Assembly (NCBI GenBank): GCA_029717555.1
Contig: JAMDHS010000109.1
Coordinates: forward strand, 1-63,551
Direction of reading: 5' to 3'
Source of the DNA: Peribolospora baueri
Lineage: Eukaryota
DNA length: 63,551 nt
A program made the position numbers and the translations under genes. Below the pieces are notes generated by a model. The model did no database searches. It was not told the origin of the DNA and was given only the letters and a program-made list of their open reading frames with translations. Positions 61,779 through 63,551 of the stretch are shown piece by piece; within the stretch, counting starts at the first letter, position 1, and every line of letters begins with the position of its first letter.

Positions 61779-62622
61779 TCATAACCCATGAGTCACCTCG
61801 ACCTCCTCTGTCTCCCTCATAATCTCGACCCACTCCAACTTGCTCCACCTCTCCGGCTCATTCTTGGCCATCTCGAAATGCTTGCACGCCAACGCATACT
61901 GGTTTGCAAAGCGCTCGGGTGAAATTTTGCCGACCCTGGTGCCGAGGCCTGGCATGAGGATCGTGCGGATCATGCTCTCCTCCTGCCCCTCTCCCTCTCC
62001 TGCTGTTGGGTCCAATCCTCGAGTGGCGGCGGGCACGGATCTGCTGTTGTGCCGGTCGACGGCGACCAAGAGGCTCCTGAACAATTCCACGTAAGCTTCT
62101 TCTCATGAAAGGCAGGAGATTTTGTATGCACTGAAGCAAGGGCCTTACTCACCAGACGCAGTTATAGACGACCTCCTTGTTCCACCGCACATCCTCAGGC
62201 GTCCTCATCGTCGGCAGACATGCCACATATCGACACCCAAACGGGTTGACACCGCGAATCTCCTCTGGGATCTGTACAAGCGTGCACGTCCCCGGCGGAG
62301 CATAGCCCTTCCACTCCTCATAAAGCTTGGCTTGCACCGCGCGGGTGAGGGCAAAATAGTCTGAGCGTGGGCTGAACTGGAGCGAGATGGAGTGGTCGAA
62401 AGATCCGTCCATTCTTCCGTAGGAGTTTGCTGGGGACACGATACAGTCAAAGGAGGAGATGGGTGGGGAGAGCCCGAGGAGGGCGTTGAGGCGCTCGTTG
62501 ATGAGTTTGAAGCGCGGGAGGGAGGTGGGTGGGAGGTGGGTTTGTAAGGCGGTGGCGCAGGCGGCAAAGAGGTCGTCGTCGGGAAGGCAGAGGAGGAAGG
62601 TGGGTTCGGAAGAGTTGGGCAT
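61779..62622 (-). CDS. Macro-domain (ADP-ribose binding/hydrolase-like) protein, two exons
   Basis: FDCIVSPANSYGRMDGSFD, PPGTCTLV, LPTMRTPEDVRWNKEVVYNCVW|SLLVAVDRHN, ILMPGLGTRVG. Confidence 0.85.
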
Positions 62623-63146
62623 GACTGCTAGTGGAATCGTGAGCAAAGATATGGGTAAAAGGATGAATTGAGAGATTGTGAGAGGCTCAAGAGGGAAAAG
62701 GGAACGATCAAAACGAGAGTCTTCTTATGTGCGGCCAAGAGCACACGTTGACGTCTTGAGCGAAACATTGCCACGTTGAATTCGGCCAGGAAAACTTTCC
62801 TTTACACCGCCTCTCCCGCCTGTCTCCACCTCGACGACGTCTGCACGGTGCCCAAGTTATATCGAGCCATGCGAAACTGCTATCTATCAAGCGTAGGCTG
62901 CAATTCCGCGAGTCGATGCCTCTGTGAGGCCAAGACTGTTGGAAGCTTGGCGAGCAGGTCAAGCTCAGTGACCCTCTCATCTGATAATCTCGACAGTCGC
63001 CCTTCCCAGGCTATTTCAAAACCACAATCTTCAACCCGAATAAGAAACGCAACCTGCCCATCTCTCATGCCGAAAACATCTCTAGCACAGCTTCATCCGC
63101 CCTCACCCCTTCCTCAGCCACTACGCATCCTCTCTGTCTCCTCTCT

Positions 63147-63461
63147 CTAATCGAATTTGATCGAGTTGCTCTTCATCTGTCGTCCCATCCTCGCGTTAGA
63201 CAACATCCACCATGCATCTTTCTCTGCCAGCCCTCACACCCTTCCCATCCCTCCTCCTGAACCTTCTCTACCCCCTAGACTCACCGTGATCTCCCCGCCC
63301 CTGTAGCTCCCCCTCTTCTTCTTGTTCTTCTCCTTCGTGAACGCCTTGCCGCGGGTGACGATCAGGTCCTTCGCTGCGCGGGCTCCAAAGTCGTTTGCCG
63401 AGAGGCCGATGCCTTCAAACGAGTTGTCGCGCAGGCGGTCGTCGCGGAAGGTCACGTCTCT
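63147..63461 (-). CDS. SRP40: Srp40/Nopp140 C-terminal domain (3' exons only; gene starts beyond right edge)
   Basis: DDRLRDNSF...FGARAAKDLIVTRGKAFTKEKNKKKRGSYRGGEIT|MKSNSIKFD*. Confidence 0.93.
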
Positions 63462-63551
63462 GTTTGAGTTTTTGTGGGGGGAGGGAAGACCAAGCAGAGA
63501 GGAAGGTGAAGAGGGAGCACTGAGAAAGGTGAAAAAGGGAAGGCAAAAAAA

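Noticed and set aside
62700..63070. Coding-like minus-strand stretch with in-frame stops
   Set aside because: Could be a pseudogene fragment but is unassignable; it also overlaps expected UTR/promoter space between SRP40 and the macro-domain gene.
1..63551. CRISPR arrays, tRNA or rRNA genes
   Set aside because: No repeat-spacer arrays, cloverleaf-like or rRNA-like segments recognised by eye; a covariance-model search was not possible.

Overview
Intron-rich, GC- and microsatellite-rich fungal DNA, most likely a basidiomycete (GTGAGY donors, CTRAC branch points, short introns). About 17 intact-looking protein genes can be assembled by hand: Zn2Cys6 TF (runs off the left edge), PTPA/RRD1, a PPxY multi-pass membrane protein, GH2 beta-mannosidase, 5'-nucleotidase, USE1, EMC10, NUP120/160, YRB1, EMP24, LTO1, RPS2, PhoD, a candidate cluster of MFS / NRPS-like reductase (A-T-R) / MFS / SAM-methyltransferase, a macro-domain gene and the 3' end of SRP40. 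The most unusual part is 33.4-40.8 kb, where several sequences are cut and re-joined at 1-7 bp microhomologies. (1) A GPI-anchored CFEM gene has exons 1-2 on the minus strand and exons 3-4 on the plus strand, a ~304 bp inversion with all splice signals still present. (2) A chromoviral integrase is in three pieces in shuffled order and orientation, nested in a LINE. (3) Two divergent genes are fused head-to-head with both 5' ends lost. A possible LINE ORF1 5' piece and a solo LTR with a 5-bp TSD lie at 60.7-61.4 kb. Exon models and protein names come from manual reading and motif recognition, not database searches. Amplification or assembly chimeras are not excluded for the rearrangements.
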